A stretch of 64,000 nucleotides of DNA from an uncultured virus (IMG/VR IMGVR_UViG_3300005098_000230) (IMGVR_UViG_3300005098_000230); one strand, 5' to 3'; shown: positions 47,583-58,695, counted from the first letter of the stretch. Notes: generated by a model not told the origin, from the sequence alone. A program made the numbers and translations.

Positions 47583-48386
47583 TCATAATGGCATCCTTGC
47601 AATTTCCTCAACTCTATTTAGGGCCTTTCCGTTCTTTCTCCCCCACACATCAAACCCGTCAGGCCACAATTCGCCCAGCTTGTTCCATGATGCAGGCCGT
47701 GCATCGGGGAGTGCCTGCTCGCGCCCATCCTTGCTGCGTGACCACCAATGCCAGACCCATGAGCGGGACGTGGCCAGCATCCTGTACCCCGCAACGTAGG
47801 CTCGACCGTTCAGGTCGTAGTCCTCCCCACTACCAGGGAAGAAGCGTTCATCGAAAAGGCCAACCTCGTCTAGCAAATCGGCGCGGAAGACGGTACACCA
47901 TGTGGTGATCCCGTCCACTACCTGCCAGTTGCGCTCCTCTTTAAGTCGCTCGATGGTCTCGGGATTCCTGGCTTCTTGTAAAGTACAATGTTGTATGTAT
48001 CCCTCTTTCCCGTACCCCCATCCGGGCTCTCTTGGGGACATTGGGTTCACCGCCAGCGCGGTTGGGAAACGCTCATAGGTCTCCATGATACCTTCCCACC
48101 ACCCCGGCAGGAACTCTACATCACAGTTGGATACAGTGATGTATTGTGTCGGCGCAAGGCGGATACCGAAATTGCTGGCCTGGGCAAATCCATAGTTCTT
48201 CTTCGTTTTGATATGCAGGTCGCAGAGTTGCCGGAGCTCATGCTCGAACACACCGCTGGGGCGTGTCTGGTCTACCACGATCACCTTGAAGTTCGGCGGT
48301 GTATACTCGTGCAAAGTCTGCAATGCTCGCAGGATGTAGTCTGTTCTGATGATCGGAAACACTACCGTATTGACAATCTCAGCCAA
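47583..48386 (-). CDS. GT2 glycosyltransferase
   Basis: VIVVDQ, GFAQASN, SNCDVE, FDERFFPGSGEDYD. Confidence 0.9.
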   Translation of the reverse strand: MAEIVNTVVFPIIRTDYILRALQTLHEYTPPNFKVIVVDQTRPSGVFEHELRQLCDLHIKTKKNYGFAQASNFGIRLAPTQYITVSNCDVEFLPGWWEGIMETYERFPTALAVNPMSPREPGWGYGKEGYIQHCTLQEARNPETIERLKEERNWQVVDGITTWCTVFRADLLDEVGLFDERFFPGSGEDYDLNGRAYVAGYRMLATSRSWVWHWWSRSKDGREQALPDARPASWNKLGELWPDGFDVWGRKNGKALNRVEEIARMPL

Positions 48387-49269
48387 AGCACACCTCGTTG
48401 ATCTTTTGCATCATTCGCTCCAGCGAGTAATGGTCGGCGATATAGGCGCGGTACTCCGCTGGGTTATAATCCCCGCCTTTGATCATCCGCTTCGCCTCAC
48501 ATAATACACGCCAACGGTACTTATTAGGCCAGATGTCAGCCGCCCCGTAGAAGTCGTGGATCACCGGCTTGAGACCCTTCGCCATCCCCTCGGCGGCGGC
48601 GTAGGAAAAAGCCTCCTTTTTGCTAGTCACGAGGATCACGGACTTATCCTCGTACCATGCGTTAATGTCATCCACGTGTGCCGTGCGGATCAGGTTGGGC
48701 GGGGCCATGTGCTGGTAATAGGCTCGGTACCAGTTCTCCATGCCGTCTTTCCCCAAGACGTGGAACTCGTAGTCAGGCATCATCAGCGCCAGTTGTAGCA
48801 GGTAGTCTATCCCCTTCCCATGCCACAGCCTCATCACCACCGCAACCTTGTTGTTCCTCACTGGATTTTGGCGCATGGTGAACCGCTGGAGGTCTACACC
48901 GCAGGGGATGTGATGAATGCGTAGCTCTTCAGGGAACTTGTAACGGCTCATGGCGTTTTCTCTGATATGCCTGGCGATGAAAATGAGGTCGCCGACGACC
49001 GACCAGTCTACCCGGCAAAAATAACCAACCCAGATGTCAATATCTATTCCTCGTGCAACAACTCGCTTATTTTTCAATAGGTCATAATATTGCGTAGACG
49101 CAAGAACTAGGTTGCCATCCACGCAGTCGAACCACAAAAGATCGGCCCACTCCGCGTCAGGGCGATGGAATGTATAGCGGTTTCTCACTTCATGCCCCTG
49201 CGCCCGCCAGCAGTCCATCATGTCGCGGGTGAACTTGAAGAGGTTTGAGTCGAAAACGGCTATCTTCAT
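48379..49269 (-). CDS. GT4 glycosyltransferase
   Basis: PCGVDL, KGID, SKKEAFSYAAAEGMAKG. Confidence 0.85.
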   Translation of the reverse strand: MKIAVFDSNLFKFTRDMMDCWRAQGHEVRNRYTFHRPDAEWADLLWFDCVDGNLVLASTQYYDLLKNKRVVARGIDIDIWVGYFCRVDWSVVGDLIFIARHIRENAMSRYKFPEELRIHHIPCGVDLQRFTMRQNPVRNNKVAVVMRLWHGKGIDYLLQLALMMPDYEFHVLGKDGMENWYRAYYQHMAPPNLIRTAHVDDINAWYEDKSVILVTSKKEAFSYAAAEGMAKGLKPVIHDFYGAADIWPNKYRWRVLCEAKRMIKGGDYNPAEYRAYIADHYSLERMMQKINEVCFG

Positions 49270-49991
49270 GGTAGCGGCTCCCATGTGTCAGGATCGCACT
49301 CGATCTCGTCGTAATGTTCTGGCAGTGGCCAGATGGGACGATGGCCGTGTTCCTCTGGTTGCATGTCGGCGGGATACCCCCAATTCTCCCCGAACATGTG
49401 CCAGCAACGGACGTCACGGGCATAGCCGACAGAGAGACCAACCTGGTGCAACCTATCGGCGATCCACCGCTCCTCGTTGTCTCGGCCTGGGATTTTCTCG
49501 TGCCGCCAGCCCCCCACCATGCGCACCGCATCGGTACGCATAATCCGCAATGAGGCCCCCACCCACGGCCTGCACACTACCCGATCAGCTCCCTCGAACA
49601 AGTCCCCTCTCTCACCCACCAAAACCTGCGGACGGCAAGCTATCGCCCCGTAACTCGGAAAATCCTTCATCAAGCCAATTAGCTGCGCCACCCAATCAGG
49701 TGTAAGGTTGGGGGCAAGAATATCGTTGTCGGTGTCTATGAAAAACGGCTCGGACTCCACCAGCGAGAGGGCAATGTTTTTGGCATAGTGGATACCACAG
49801 TTAGCGTCAAGAGCCACCAAAATTCCCACATGGGAACTCTGCGCTAACCACTCCCGCGTCCCATCGGTGGACCCATTATCCACCACGATCAGGCGATAGG
49901 GCACTCGGGTGCGCTCTGCGATATGCTGGATGGCTTTCTTGGTGTACTCCAGGCGCTGGAATGTGACCATCGTGATGTCTATACCGTTCAC
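49266..49991 (-). CDS. GT2 glycosyltransferase
   Basis: VVDNGSTDGT, DTDND. Confidence 0.9.
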   Translation of the reverse strand: MNGIDITMVTFQRLEYTKKAIQHIAERTRVPYRLIVVDNGSTDGTREWLAQSSHVGILVALDANCGIHYAKNIALSLVESEPFFIDTDNDILAPNLTPDWVAQLIGLMKDFPSYGAIACRPQVLVGERGDLFEGADRVVCRPWVGASLRIMRTDAVRMVGGWRHEKIPGRDNEERWIADRLHQVGLSVGYARDVRCWHMFGENWGYPADMQPEEHGHRPIWPLPEHYDEIECDPDTWEPLP

Positions 49992-50000
49992 CGTTCATCC

Positions 50001-50768
50001 TCACCTCACGTGCTGGATGTAGAGCAGAAGATCAAGCGGGATGCTCTGAAACTTGCGCGTAATCCGGTAGAACATGAGCCAATCATCGCCCCAGGGGTTG
50101 CCCAGCGACCCAGCGTGCCCCAATTTCTTCTGCGGCGGGTATGGGTACAGGTGATGCACATCTGTGGCCAGCTCGTGCAGCTTGTATGGGCTGGACGCAA
50201 AGGGGAGACTGCCTATCTCCTCATACACTTCGCGGTGAAAAACGAACGAGCCTGTGCCTATGTGTCCTGACTTGAATTCCTCATGTCTTCCCTCGGACAC
50301 AATCCACTTGGGGCGAAACGTCGGTCGGATGCTGGTGCGGTAGATCACGCGCTGCCCATCGTAGTTGATCCATTTGCGATGGTAGAGGATCGCGCCGAAG
50401 TTGAAGCACTTAGCGTTGGGATAGACCCACATGGCGTGCTCCAGCGCCTCCAAGTACACGCTGACGTACTCGTCGTCGTCATCCAACCAGCAAATCCACT
50501 CGCCCACGGCGGCGGTCATGCCTACATTCCGGGCCGCGCATCGCCCTGGGCTATTTTCCAAGTGGATCACGTAGAAACGGTTATCGCGGAGTTTTGCTAC
50601 CACCTGGTCTACTGAGCCATGTTCAGGCGTGGTGTGGTCATCCACTATGATCACCTCGAATCCACCGAACGTCTGCTTTTGCAAGCTCAGCAGAGCGCGG
50701 GGTAGGGTAGTATCTGCCCTGTTATGGGTGGGCACCACTATGCTGAATTTAGGATACCTTCCCATCAC
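50001..50768 (-). CDS. GT2 glycosyltransferase
   Basis: VVPTHNR, IIVDD, ARNVG, WLDDDD. Confidence 0.9.
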   Translation of the reverse strand: MMGRYPKFSIVVPTHNRADTTLPRALLSLQKQTFGGFEVIIVDDHTTPEHGSVDQVVAKLRDNRFYVIHLENSPGRCAARNVGMTAAVGEWICWLDDDDEYVSVYLEALEHAMWVYPNAKCFNFGAILYHRKWINYDGQRVIYRTSIRPTFRPKWIVSEGRHEEFKSGHIGTGSFVFHREVYEEIGSLPFASSPYKLHELATDVHHLYPYPPQKKLGHAGSLGNPWGDDWLMFYRITRKFQSIPLDLLLYIQHVR

Positions 50769-50917
50769 TCACTCCTTTTCCAAACCTTCTCCACCTGGGC
50801 CCCTGGGGGGAGAGGCCCAGGCGAGGTAGGTGGAGCCGGCCCGACTCGAACGGGCTTCCTGGAGGGGTTGACCGAGTTTGGCATTGCCTCCAGTCGAACA
50901 CCAGTCGCGGCCCCACA

Positions 50918-52183
50918 TCATGGCACCTCTGCGTAGAGCAGAGGCTCAAGATAATCCCTGAACACAGCGTGGGGATTGCGAGTGCGCCTGATGCGGTTGC
51001 GTTGGGCGAGGGTAAGGTTGGTGGACAACTCGTAGAGAATACGCCCCGCAACCTCCCGCATGTATGCCCCCTCGTTGGCGTACTCAGTGCGCGTTTCACC
51101 GTCATTGCCAGTCATAGCGTCTATGTTCGATGAGAACTTGCGATAGATCGCCTTCTCGCCATACACCGAGCGAATCGGTGGGAAGTCAAAGTTGAGGACC
51201 AGGAGATTGCCGCACAGGGCGGCCTCCTGCGCCACCAGGCTGTACGTCTCAGAGCGTGATGGCAAGATGAACACATCGGCTACCAGCATGAGATCGCGCA
51301 CCATCTGGCGCGGACAGCCGACGTGAAGATCAGGGTGTAACTGAGAGGTGAAGAGTACTTCTTCCCCGACTCCCATCCTCCGCGCGAGGCTGCCCAGCTC
51401 CTCACGGTACACCACCTTGTCTCCGCCTGTGGAATGGAAGTCCATTACCAGTAGGCGGCAGGAGCGCCCCAGCCGTTTGATTTCGGCGAAAATCTTGATG
51501 CACACCTCCACCTGTTTACCCCGGTCTAGGCGGCAGGGGTAGACTCCAATTACCTCGGCTCCCAAGAATGCACCATTGGAGAATAGCTCCCTTGTCAGCG
51601 GATGCCAGTCCAGGAAAGCCGCAGGGTCGGTGACGTGAGGCACGCACACAATCCTGTCCTCAGCATAGCCAAAGTTACGGGATAAGCGCGGGTGCTCGTA
51701 CTCGTTGGGATAGACCAGCAAGCTATGAGGGAACACTCGCTTGATGTGTTTGAGCTGGGGATAATCGCGTTGGAGGATGCTGGGCGCGGTCGCAGAGTGG
51801 ACCCAGTGCAACCACACCATGTCCGGCCTATCCTCAGCGATGCGACGGGCGGCGAAGTTCTCGGGCAGGCTGGCGGGCTGGTAGATCAAATCATGAGTGA
51901 GGACGGCCTTGACGCCCTCCAGCGCGGGCCGGAGCGCGGCCTCAACTTGGGCAACGTGTTCCTCTTTGGGCGGCCTGGGGTTGTTAGACCTCGGCACATT
52001 GGGGATGAAAGCAAGGTCAACGTCGGGGTGCGCGTACATCCCCGCTGGACGGAACCCCTCGCAGACGATCACGCGAGGGGTGTACCCCCCACTGATCAGC
52101 ATGGAGATTTGCGTCTCCACGACGTTGTTGAGAGAATAACATTCATCTCTCTGGGTGAAGTTGGTGAGAATTGCTACTTTCAT
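50918..52183 (-). CDS. GT4 glycosyltransferase
   Basis: CRLDRGK, PSRSETYSLVAQEA. Confidence 0.85.
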   Translation of the reverse strand: MKVAILTNFTQRDECYSLNNVVETQISMLISGGYTPRVIVCEGFRPAGMYAHPDVDLAFIPNVPRSNNPRPPKEEHVAQVEAALRPALEGVKAVLTHDLIYQPASLPENFAARRIAEDRPDMVWLHWVHSATAPSILQRDYPQLKHIKRVFPHSLLVYPNEYEHPRLSRNFGYAEDRIVCVPHVTDPAAFLDWHPLTRELFSNGAFLGAEVIGVYPCRLDRGKQVEVCIKIFAEIKRLGRSCRLLVMDFHSTGGDKVVYREELGSLARRMGVGEEVLFTSQLHPDLHVGCPRQMVRDLMLVADVFILPSRSETYSLVAQEAALCGNLLVLNFDFPPIRSVYGEKAIYRKFSSNIDAMTGNDGETRTEYANEGAYMREVAGRILYELSTNLTLAQRNRIRRTRNPHAVFRDYLEPLLYAEVP

Positions 52184-52190
52184 CAGCTAA

Positions 52191-55112
52191 CTACTCCCTG
52201 AATGGAAAGATGGTACGGTAAAGAGCGCGAAGCTCCACGCCTATCTGATCACTGGGCACATGCTCTCCTGCCAGATTGGTGATAGTGACATCGGTAAATC
52301 GTGGTTTGAGATCGCAGCCGCTATCGGCGATGGAGATAAGGCCGGCGTAACCAGAGCTGTGTGTCGTATCAGTTACATGGAACACGCGCGAGCCAATGCT
52401 GAACAAGTCATCTTCTGCATCACTGACAAAGCCAGAGATGGTGGAACCGCTGACCCGCACACCGAGCCAGTATTCGGTGTTTAGATCAACTGTCATGTTC
52501 ACGGGAGCCGCAACGTTCAACCGGCTCCCACTTACCCACTTCACCAGTCGCACTTGGTTGGCACCAGTGGCCAGCATCAGCGCATACATATTCTCTGCCC
52601 CAGGTGTCCCATCGCTGCACCGGAAAACGATGCCCAGCTCACCCTCTGAGCCGGTGGTCTGGGTGTAGTGCTCCAGGGCTTTTACGCGGGCTTTGATTTC
52701 CACATCATCAGTAGGCTGCGTAGCGTATAGAGCAACCTTCTCCACGCCATTCTCAGCGTCTATCTGGGCCAACCGCTTTGTTGCTCCTCCCTGCTCCTCG
52801 ATGTGCCAATGACCAGAGGGAAAGTCCCAATCGTCCCCTGTCTCGTTGAAGGTGGTGGCATCGTCTGGGTCGGCTTTGGAGATGCGCAGATCATCAACAA
52901 GGAGTCGGGGTCGCGCGGCTGTAGGATCAACGTTGGTTGTCGTTGCTCCCGCGCTCACCACCACGCCGTAGACATGACCGTAGTGGGTGTTACCATCATA
53001 CGTGTCCAGCACAAACACGTGGTATGTGCCTGCTGCCAGATTGCTGAAACTGTACGTGCCGTTAGCTGCATCAGACGTTGTGCTTGCGTAGACTGTACTT
53101 TTGTCCCCTGAGAGCAGATACACGGTCGCATTAGTCCACGGGATGAGATTCGCTCCGCTCCAGATCATGGCCACGCCTGAGATTCCACCCGTGCCCGTAG
53201 GCGGGCTTGTTACGCTGGGCGTAGGTGTTGACCAGGAAACGCGGATAGCACTGATGCTAGACCAGTTGACGCCGTTGTCCACAGCGTCTGATAGCTTCAT
53301 AGATTGGGGCACGAAACCGCCGTACTGGCCGCGATAGGGGACGCCGTTGAAATCAAACCGGGCGTAGGCGCTGTTGTAGACCGTGTCCAGGTAGACATCA
53401 ACGTCAATGTCTATCAGTAGAGGATTGGATAAGGCAATGCAGAGGAAGTCGCTGGTGGTGAACATACCGCCACCCGTGACATCTTTAGGTTTAGGTGTGG
53501 TGAATTGCTTGTATGCTGTGAGGTCTGGATACAGACTATTAGCATTCACACCATCCTGATCGGCGGAGTTCCATTCTACGAAGTCGTCTGTTTCTCTGCT
53601 TGCATTAGTCATTACCTCATCAAATGCGAAGACCGGCATCCAGTTATAGTCTTCGTAGCCATCAAACCCCTCATCATCCAGCAGTGTACTGCCCCCAATG
53701 CGCTCCCACAGCAAGTCAACGCGGTTAGTGAAGCGAGGGTCGAGTGTGAGAAAGTCAGTGCCCAGGGGCGTTGCCAGTCTTAGGAATTGGAGAGTGTCCT
53801 GGCTCACGATATGACAGACCTCCCCAGAGAAACTCTCCAAAAGAAGTTTCTCGTTGTTATCCACTCCCTCACTACCGCAATCTATCTGGAGCACATGCTC
53901 ATCCACTGGTAGGAGCATGAGGAAGTCAATGTCGAAAGAGGAGTTGTCAGTGGTAGAGTCACCAGCAGCCCGGGTAACACGAACATCTATGTAGGCAGCG
54001 ATAGATTCGCTATCGGACACCTCAGTGGGCGGCATCTCGACCTCACCAATGATGAAAACCATGAAAGTCCCAGTGCCAGAGAGGTAATTCACCCCTGGGG
54101 TGATGGACTGAATTACCTCACCGGCGCGGTATTGGGCATCTATCGTCCAGTTGGCGCGGTCGGCGTCGTTGACGCGGGCGACGATAGCGAGGGCCATACG
54201 CCCCCGATGGTAGGCTTCATTGGCGATGGTGAACCGCAGAGCTTGGGCAACACCGTTCCACCCGCTTCCAAACGAGGCACGCTTGTAGTAACCCCTGTTG
54301 CGGCTGGCGTCGGACACATCTGACCAGACAGCGCCAGTAGATACATCGGCGGCATCGCGAGCATCGTAGATGCTCACGAACTGGTCGAGGCCGGCAGTGC
54401 GGCGGGCAAGCCAGAGCGTACCGATTGCCTCACTAGCCCCCGTTTGGAGGTTGCGGATCCGAAGCTGGCATAGGGCAGGACTATCGCCCCCAATCTCAGA
54501 TGAGGCAACAGTGAAATAGTTATATCTTCCAGCACTGGGGTCGTAACCGTTGTGCAGAATGGTGCGGTTGAGGGTGAGGGAAACAGGATTGTCAGGGTCG
54601 GAGGTCGCGTAGGGCTGGGTGTTGAGCGTCACATCCACGTTGAGAGCATAGACGTAGTTGGGACAGGTTTGGACAGGCGCAGCATCCCAGTTGTTTCCGC
54701 TGGCACGAGCAAGGCGTGGGACAGGACTCATCAAGTAATGGTAGTAGGTGCTACGGACACTGGCGTCCAAGTCGTCGGGTTTGTACTCCAGGGTGCCGCC
54801 GTCTGGATTGGTCACGGCCTGGCGCAGGGCATGGACTCGCTGTATCAGACTGGCTCGCGCTGCCGCAGCAGTAGCGCCGACACCGTGAACCACCACTCGA
54901 AAACTCACCTCCACCAGTGGGCCGTGGTAGCTGGACAGATCACCGCCGTCCATCCTCGGTCCCTCGGACAAGGCAATCTCCAGTCGCTTCTCCTCATTGA
55001 GGGTGAGGGTGGCAAGGTTTACCACGTAGTCCTCTACAGTCGGGTCGGCTCCAGATGCAGGAAGCAGGTCAATGTCAGACAGACCTTCAGGGTGAAGGAT
55101 CAGGATTGTCAT
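52191..55112 (-). CDS. Minor tail protein (distal-tail-like with inserted beta/carbohydrate-binding domains)
   Basis: Directly follows TMP; beta-rich; GTYSFSNLAAGTYHV module. Confidence 0.7.
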   Translation of the reverse strand: MTILILHPEGLSDIDLLPASGADPTVEDYVVNLATLTLNEEKRLEIALSEGPRMDGGDLSSYHGPLVEVSFRVVVHGVGATAAAARASLIQRVHALRQAVTNPDGGTLEYKPDDLDASVRSTYYHYLMSPVPRLARASGNNWDAAPVQTCPNYVYALNVDVTLNTQPYATSDPDNPVSLTLNRTILHNGYDPSAGRYNYFTVASSEIGGDSPALCQLRIRNLQTGASEAIGTLWLARRTAGLDQFVSIYDARDAADVSTGAVWSDVSDASRNRGYYKRASFGSGWNGVAQALRFTIANEAYHRGRMALAIVARVNDADRANWTIDAQYRAGEVIQSITPGVNYLSGTGTFMVFIIGEVEMPPTEVSDSESIAAYIDVRVTRAAGDSTTDNSSFDIDFLMLLPVDEHVLQIDCGSEGVDNNEKLLLESFSGEVCHIVSQDTLQFLRLATPLGTDFLTLDPRFTNRVDLLWERIGGSTLLDDEGFDGYEDYNWMPVFAFDEVMTNASRETDDFVEWNSADQDGVNANSLYPDLTAYKQFTTPKPKDVTGGGMFTTSDFLCIALSNPLLIDIDVDVYLDTVYNSAYARFDFNGVPYRGQYGGFVPQSMKLSDAVDNGVNWSSISAIRVSWSTPTPSVTSPPTGTGGISGVAMIWSGANLIPWTNATVYLLSGDKSTVYASTTSDAANGTYSFSNLAAGTYHVFVLDTYDGNTHYGHVYGVVVSAGATTTNVDPTAARPRLLVDDLRISKADPDDATTFNETGDDWDFPSGHWHIEEQGGATKRLAQIDAENGVEKVALYATQPTDDVEIKARVKALEHYTQTTGSEGELGIVFRCSDGTPGAENMYALMLATGANQVRLVKWVSGSRLNVAAPVNMTVDLNTEYWLGVRVSGSTISGFVSDAEDDLFSIGSRVFHVTDTTHSSGYAGLISIADSGCDLKPRFTDVTITNLAGEHVPSDQIGVELRALYRTIFPFRE

Positions 55113-58100
55113 GCAATACCTCCAGGAACAGCAGCGCGGGCAGTGGCCACGTCAACGCTGGCTTGAATCTCCGTCAAGAAATCGCGGGCATCGCGCCCAT
55201 CGCGCACGCCAGGGAACACTGGGTTTTGGATGTAGATAACAGTAGACGAACCTCCTGCTCCAGCCACAGCAGGAGCGAGGGCAGGCATGGCAGGCGTGAG
55301 ACTAGCATGGAAGCGTGACATGGCAGCCTCCAACCGGGGCACGGAAGTGCGGATGCTGGCAATAAGCGGGTCGGGTGCAAGAGACTCCCAGCGAATGGGG
55401 ACTGAGAGCGGACCCGTCTTCGCTGGCGAGTGAGGGAATCTGTCGGCCACCTGGCCCAATACATCAGCCAGAGGCCCAAGTCGGGATTTGATCCCCTCGA
55501 TGAGATTGTTGATCAGGTTTGCCCCCCAATCTTTCATCCGCCCCACGAGCTCGGCGAAGATTTTTTCGAGTTTGTCTCCCAAGCCCGCGAATATCGCCAG
55601 CATGTCGTCCACGAGGTCTGGGATGATGCTGCCCCCAACAAGGTCGTGGTAGAGGTTCTCGAAGAAGCCAATGATACCTTGAATGACTTGCTCAATGATG
55701 GTCAACACTATCGTCTTGAGCTGCATGAAGGTGGTCTCGATGTCTCGGCGCAGTTTGGTTATGACACCACCAGAGCCGGTGATGGCGATCCATAATCCCT
55801 CCAACAGGCCCAGCAGGGTACCACATAGCGCCTCGATCAGGCCGAGCACGACCCGTGATGCGCCTTCCAGCATGTCACTCAAACCTTGCCAGAGTTCATC
55901 CCATAGTTGGTGAGCGCGTGCTTTGGCCCCCTCTAAATCCCCAGTCAGAACTTTGTAGAGGATTTCAAGAGCACCGACAAACCCTCCAACCATGACTGCA
56001 ACAAGTCCACCCAGATATTGCACCAGTCCACCCAGCGCCTCACCGAGACCAGGCAGGGCAGCACCGATGGCGTTGAGCGCAGCAAGGAGAGTACCAGCCA
56101 GCAGAAGCGCGAGATACCCTAAGAGTTTGAGCAGATCGCGCAGGGCGTTATCCCACGACCGCAAGCTCTCAACGTGCAGGTTGGAGACGAAGCCCTTAGC
56201 CCCCTCAACAAGTGTGTTGAAAACGAGCGTGAGCCGGTCGCCAGCAGCCTCCAGTTGGTCAAGGTAGGGGATTTTCCTCTTGAGATCGTCGAGCCAGTTG
56301 GTAAGCCTCTCGGCCAGAGTGGTGGGCAGGGATTGGAGTGCTGCTTTCCACTCCGCGATCATCTCCCGCGCTTTCTGCCTGGCTTCCTCGAACCGTTCAG
56401 AAAGCGTGCTGGAGATGGAGAGAAGTGAACCCATCTCCTCCGTTCCTGTGACCTCGGGTTTGATGGCGGGTCGAGCCTTCACCTCTTCTGGTAGCTCCAG
56501 ATCAATTTTGAGAGGGGTTTTGGAAATCTTTTTAAGGGCCTTCTCGATGCCCTCCAGCGTGTGTAGGAGTTCCAACTGGAGATCAAGGCCGGCCTGCCGC
56601 TGTTGTAGGAACTTCTCTTGTAGTGCCAGTTGCTCACCAGCAGCATCGGCCTCTTTCTGAGCAAGAGAGAGCTTCTTCTTGAGCTCAGCGGGTACGAAGC
56701 CTTTGGCCTCTGCCTCAGCTACTTCATCCTGCACGGCCTTGAGCTTGTCCTGTGCCTGGGTGAACTTCATTTGAAGTTCAAGGAGCTTGGCCAGCTCATC
56801 GCCGCCTTCGCCCAGCGCCTCAGCAAACTTGCGCAGGGACTCAGTGGGTATTTGCCCTGTGCGCCTGAATTCGTCTATTAGGGCGGCCACCTGAGCACGG
56901 GTCTCAGCGATCTTGCCGGGGAGCTTCTCAATGGGGATTTCGTGCATCTGAGCCAGACCACGCAGGTACCGCTCAATAGGTTGCAGTGACCTCTCTAGGA
57001 TGCTATAGTCAGCCAGAGAGAAGCCCCGCAGATAGGTCTCCATCAAGTTCTGCGCCCAAATGATGATGTCCTTTAGCGGACCTTCTTTGGGCGGGGAGAA
57101 AGAGGCCAGGAAGTTGGAGATGGTTTGGCCAACGTAGTTCATCGCAGCCTGAATCGCATCAGCCACACCATTGATGATCCCTTGTGCGTAGCTGGCGATC
57201 AGGTTGTAGCCCCAAGTGAGAGCACGGGATACCCAGTCCTCCCAGATAATAATGATCATAGCCAGAGCGTTTTCCATGACCTGCTGGAGGTTGGCAGTAG
57301 CGGCAGGGAAATCGCCCTGTAGGGCATGGATGACAGCGTTGATCACCAAGAGCACATTGCTCAACCCTACACGAACGAGCTCCAGGAAGCGTTGCCACGT
57401 TTCTGCGAGACTGGGCAAGCCAGATTGAGCCTGCATCATCATTCCAAAGCCAGTCGCAGCCTCTTTTACCCGTTGGATGACACCACCAATAGCAGTCCCC
57501 AGGGTAGACAGAAGCCGTTTCAGCGCATCCAGAATCTGGGGTAGCTTGAAGCCCAAGACAGAGCGCAGCTGGTCAAGGTAGGGCTGGGCCTGAGTCCATC
57601 CAGATTGGATTGTGGAGACAATGCCGCCGAAGAACTCCTTGAACTTGCCCCATCCTCCCATCACCGCTGATTTGATACCCTCAGTGAATTTGCGGATCGA
57701 GGGGCCAATCTTGTCGAAGAGCTTTTTGATGGACTTCAACACATCAGTGAGGATCAGCACCGCAGTAGACAGCAAGGGGATGAAACCGCGACCGATGGCG
57801 AGCTGCGCCTCCTCGATGTACCGGGGGAGAGAGCCTAGCTGCTTACCCACCGACCCCATCGCTTTCTCGTAAGCGCCGGCGTAGGGGGCGGCCTTCTCCA
57901 AGATAGCATTCATCATGGCCTGCTGGCGCTCGCTTGCCGTCAGTGCATCGGCAGTTTTGCCTATGGACTTAGCGTACTTATCCGCTATCTCAGAGGCATA
58001 GATATTGATGCCAATGGCACGGAGAAGCTCTGTGTTGCCGCTCAGAATAGCGTATGTGAACCGCTGGAAAACTTCTGAGGAGTTGCGCCCGAAAACGACG

Positions 58101-58645
58101 GCCATGTCCTGGCCGGCGCGAGCCAACTTCTCAATGTTCTCGATGGGCAGATTGTTGGTGAGGAACTGGGAGATAGACGCGATAGACTGGCGGGTGGTGA
58201 TACCAGTGTGCTTGAGCGTTTCGACCTTCTCTCGCACAAAGTCAACACTGTACCCCGCGTTGGTCGCCATGACGCTCAGGGTTTCCTCTAGCTTCTCCAC
58301 CTCAGCAGCAATGCGGGTGGGCTGAGCGATCATCTGGGCGAGAGACTGGGAGACTGTACCGATGGCCTGGCCCATAGCCACGCCAAAGGCCATGCGCATG
58401 ACACCGCCGAGGTTGCCGAAAGCACCAGTGAGTTTGCCCACAATCCCGCCGAGCATGTTGAGGGGATTAGCAAGACGGAATGCCTGTCCAACGAGTCCAC
58501 GAAAGACAGAGAGTAATCCCCCTACCCCCTTGACTCCAGACAGTTTACCCAGAGATTCGACGCCCGCTTTGGCCTGTTCGAGACCTTTGGGCTCGAACTC
58601 CGAGAGTATCTTTAGCAGAACATCACGCGACATTCCGGGTGGCAT
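55109..58645 (-). CDS. Tape measure protein
   Basis: 1178 aa, helical Ala/Gly/Leu-rich, follows the tail chaperones. Confidence 0.9.
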   Translation of the reverse strand: MPPGMSRDVLLKILSEFEPKGLEQAKAGVESLGKLSGVKGVGGLLSVFRGLVGQAFRLANPLNMLGGIVGKLTGAFGNLGGVMRMAFGVAMGQAIGTVSQSLAQMIAQPTRIAAEVEKLEETLSVMATNAGYSVDFVREKVETLKHTGITTRQSIASISQFLTNNLPIENIEKLARAGQDMAVVFGRNSSEVFQRFTYAILSGNTELLRAIGINIYASEIADKYAKSIGKTADALTASERQQAMMNAILEKAAPYAGAYEKAMGSVGKQLGSLPRYIEEAQLAIGRGFIPLLSTAVLILTDVLKSIKKLFDKIGPSIRKFTEGIKSAVMGGWGKFKEFFGGIVSTIQSGWTQAQPYLDQLRSVLGFKLPQILDALKRLLSTLGTAIGGVIQRVKEAATGFGMMMQAQSGLPSLAETWQRFLELVRVGLSNVLLVINAVIHALQGDFPAATANLQQVMENALAMIIIIWEDWVSRALTWGYNLIASYAQGIINGVADAIQAAMNYVGQTISNFLASFSPPKEGPLKDIIIWAQNLMETYLRGFSLADYSILERSLQPIERYLRGLAQMHEIPIEKLPGKIAETRAQVAALIDEFRRTGQIPTESLRKFAEALGEGGDELAKLLELQMKFTQAQDKLKAVQDEVAEAEAKGFVPAELKKKLSLAQKEADAAGEQLALQEKFLQQRQAGLDLQLELLHTLEGIEKALKKISKTPLKIDLELPEEVKARPAIKPEVTGTEEMGSLLSISSTLSERFEEARQKAREMIAEWKAALQSLPTTLAERLTNWLDDLKRKIPYLDQLEAAGDRLTLVFNTLVEGAKGFVSNLHVESLRSWDNALRDLLKLLGYLALLLAGTLLAALNAIGAALPGLGEALGGLVQYLGGLVAVMVGGFVGALEILYKVLTGDLEGAKARAHQLWDELWQGLSDMLEGASRVVLGLIEALCGTLLGLLEGLWIAITGSGGVITKLRRDIETTFMQLKTIVLTIIEQVIQGIIGFFENLYHDLVGGSIIPDLVDDMLAIFAGLGDKLEKIFAELVGRMKDWGANLINNLIEGIKSRLGPLADVLGQVADRFPHSPAKTGPLSVPIRWESLAPDPLIASIRTSVPRLEAAMSRFHASLTPAMPALAPAVAGAGGSSTVIYIQNPVFPGVRDGRDARDFLTEIQASVDVATARAAVPGGIA

Positions 58646-58695
58646 GACTACCCCTTAAGGGACGCCCCGCCGGGAGCGGGGCTGGACAATGGGTA

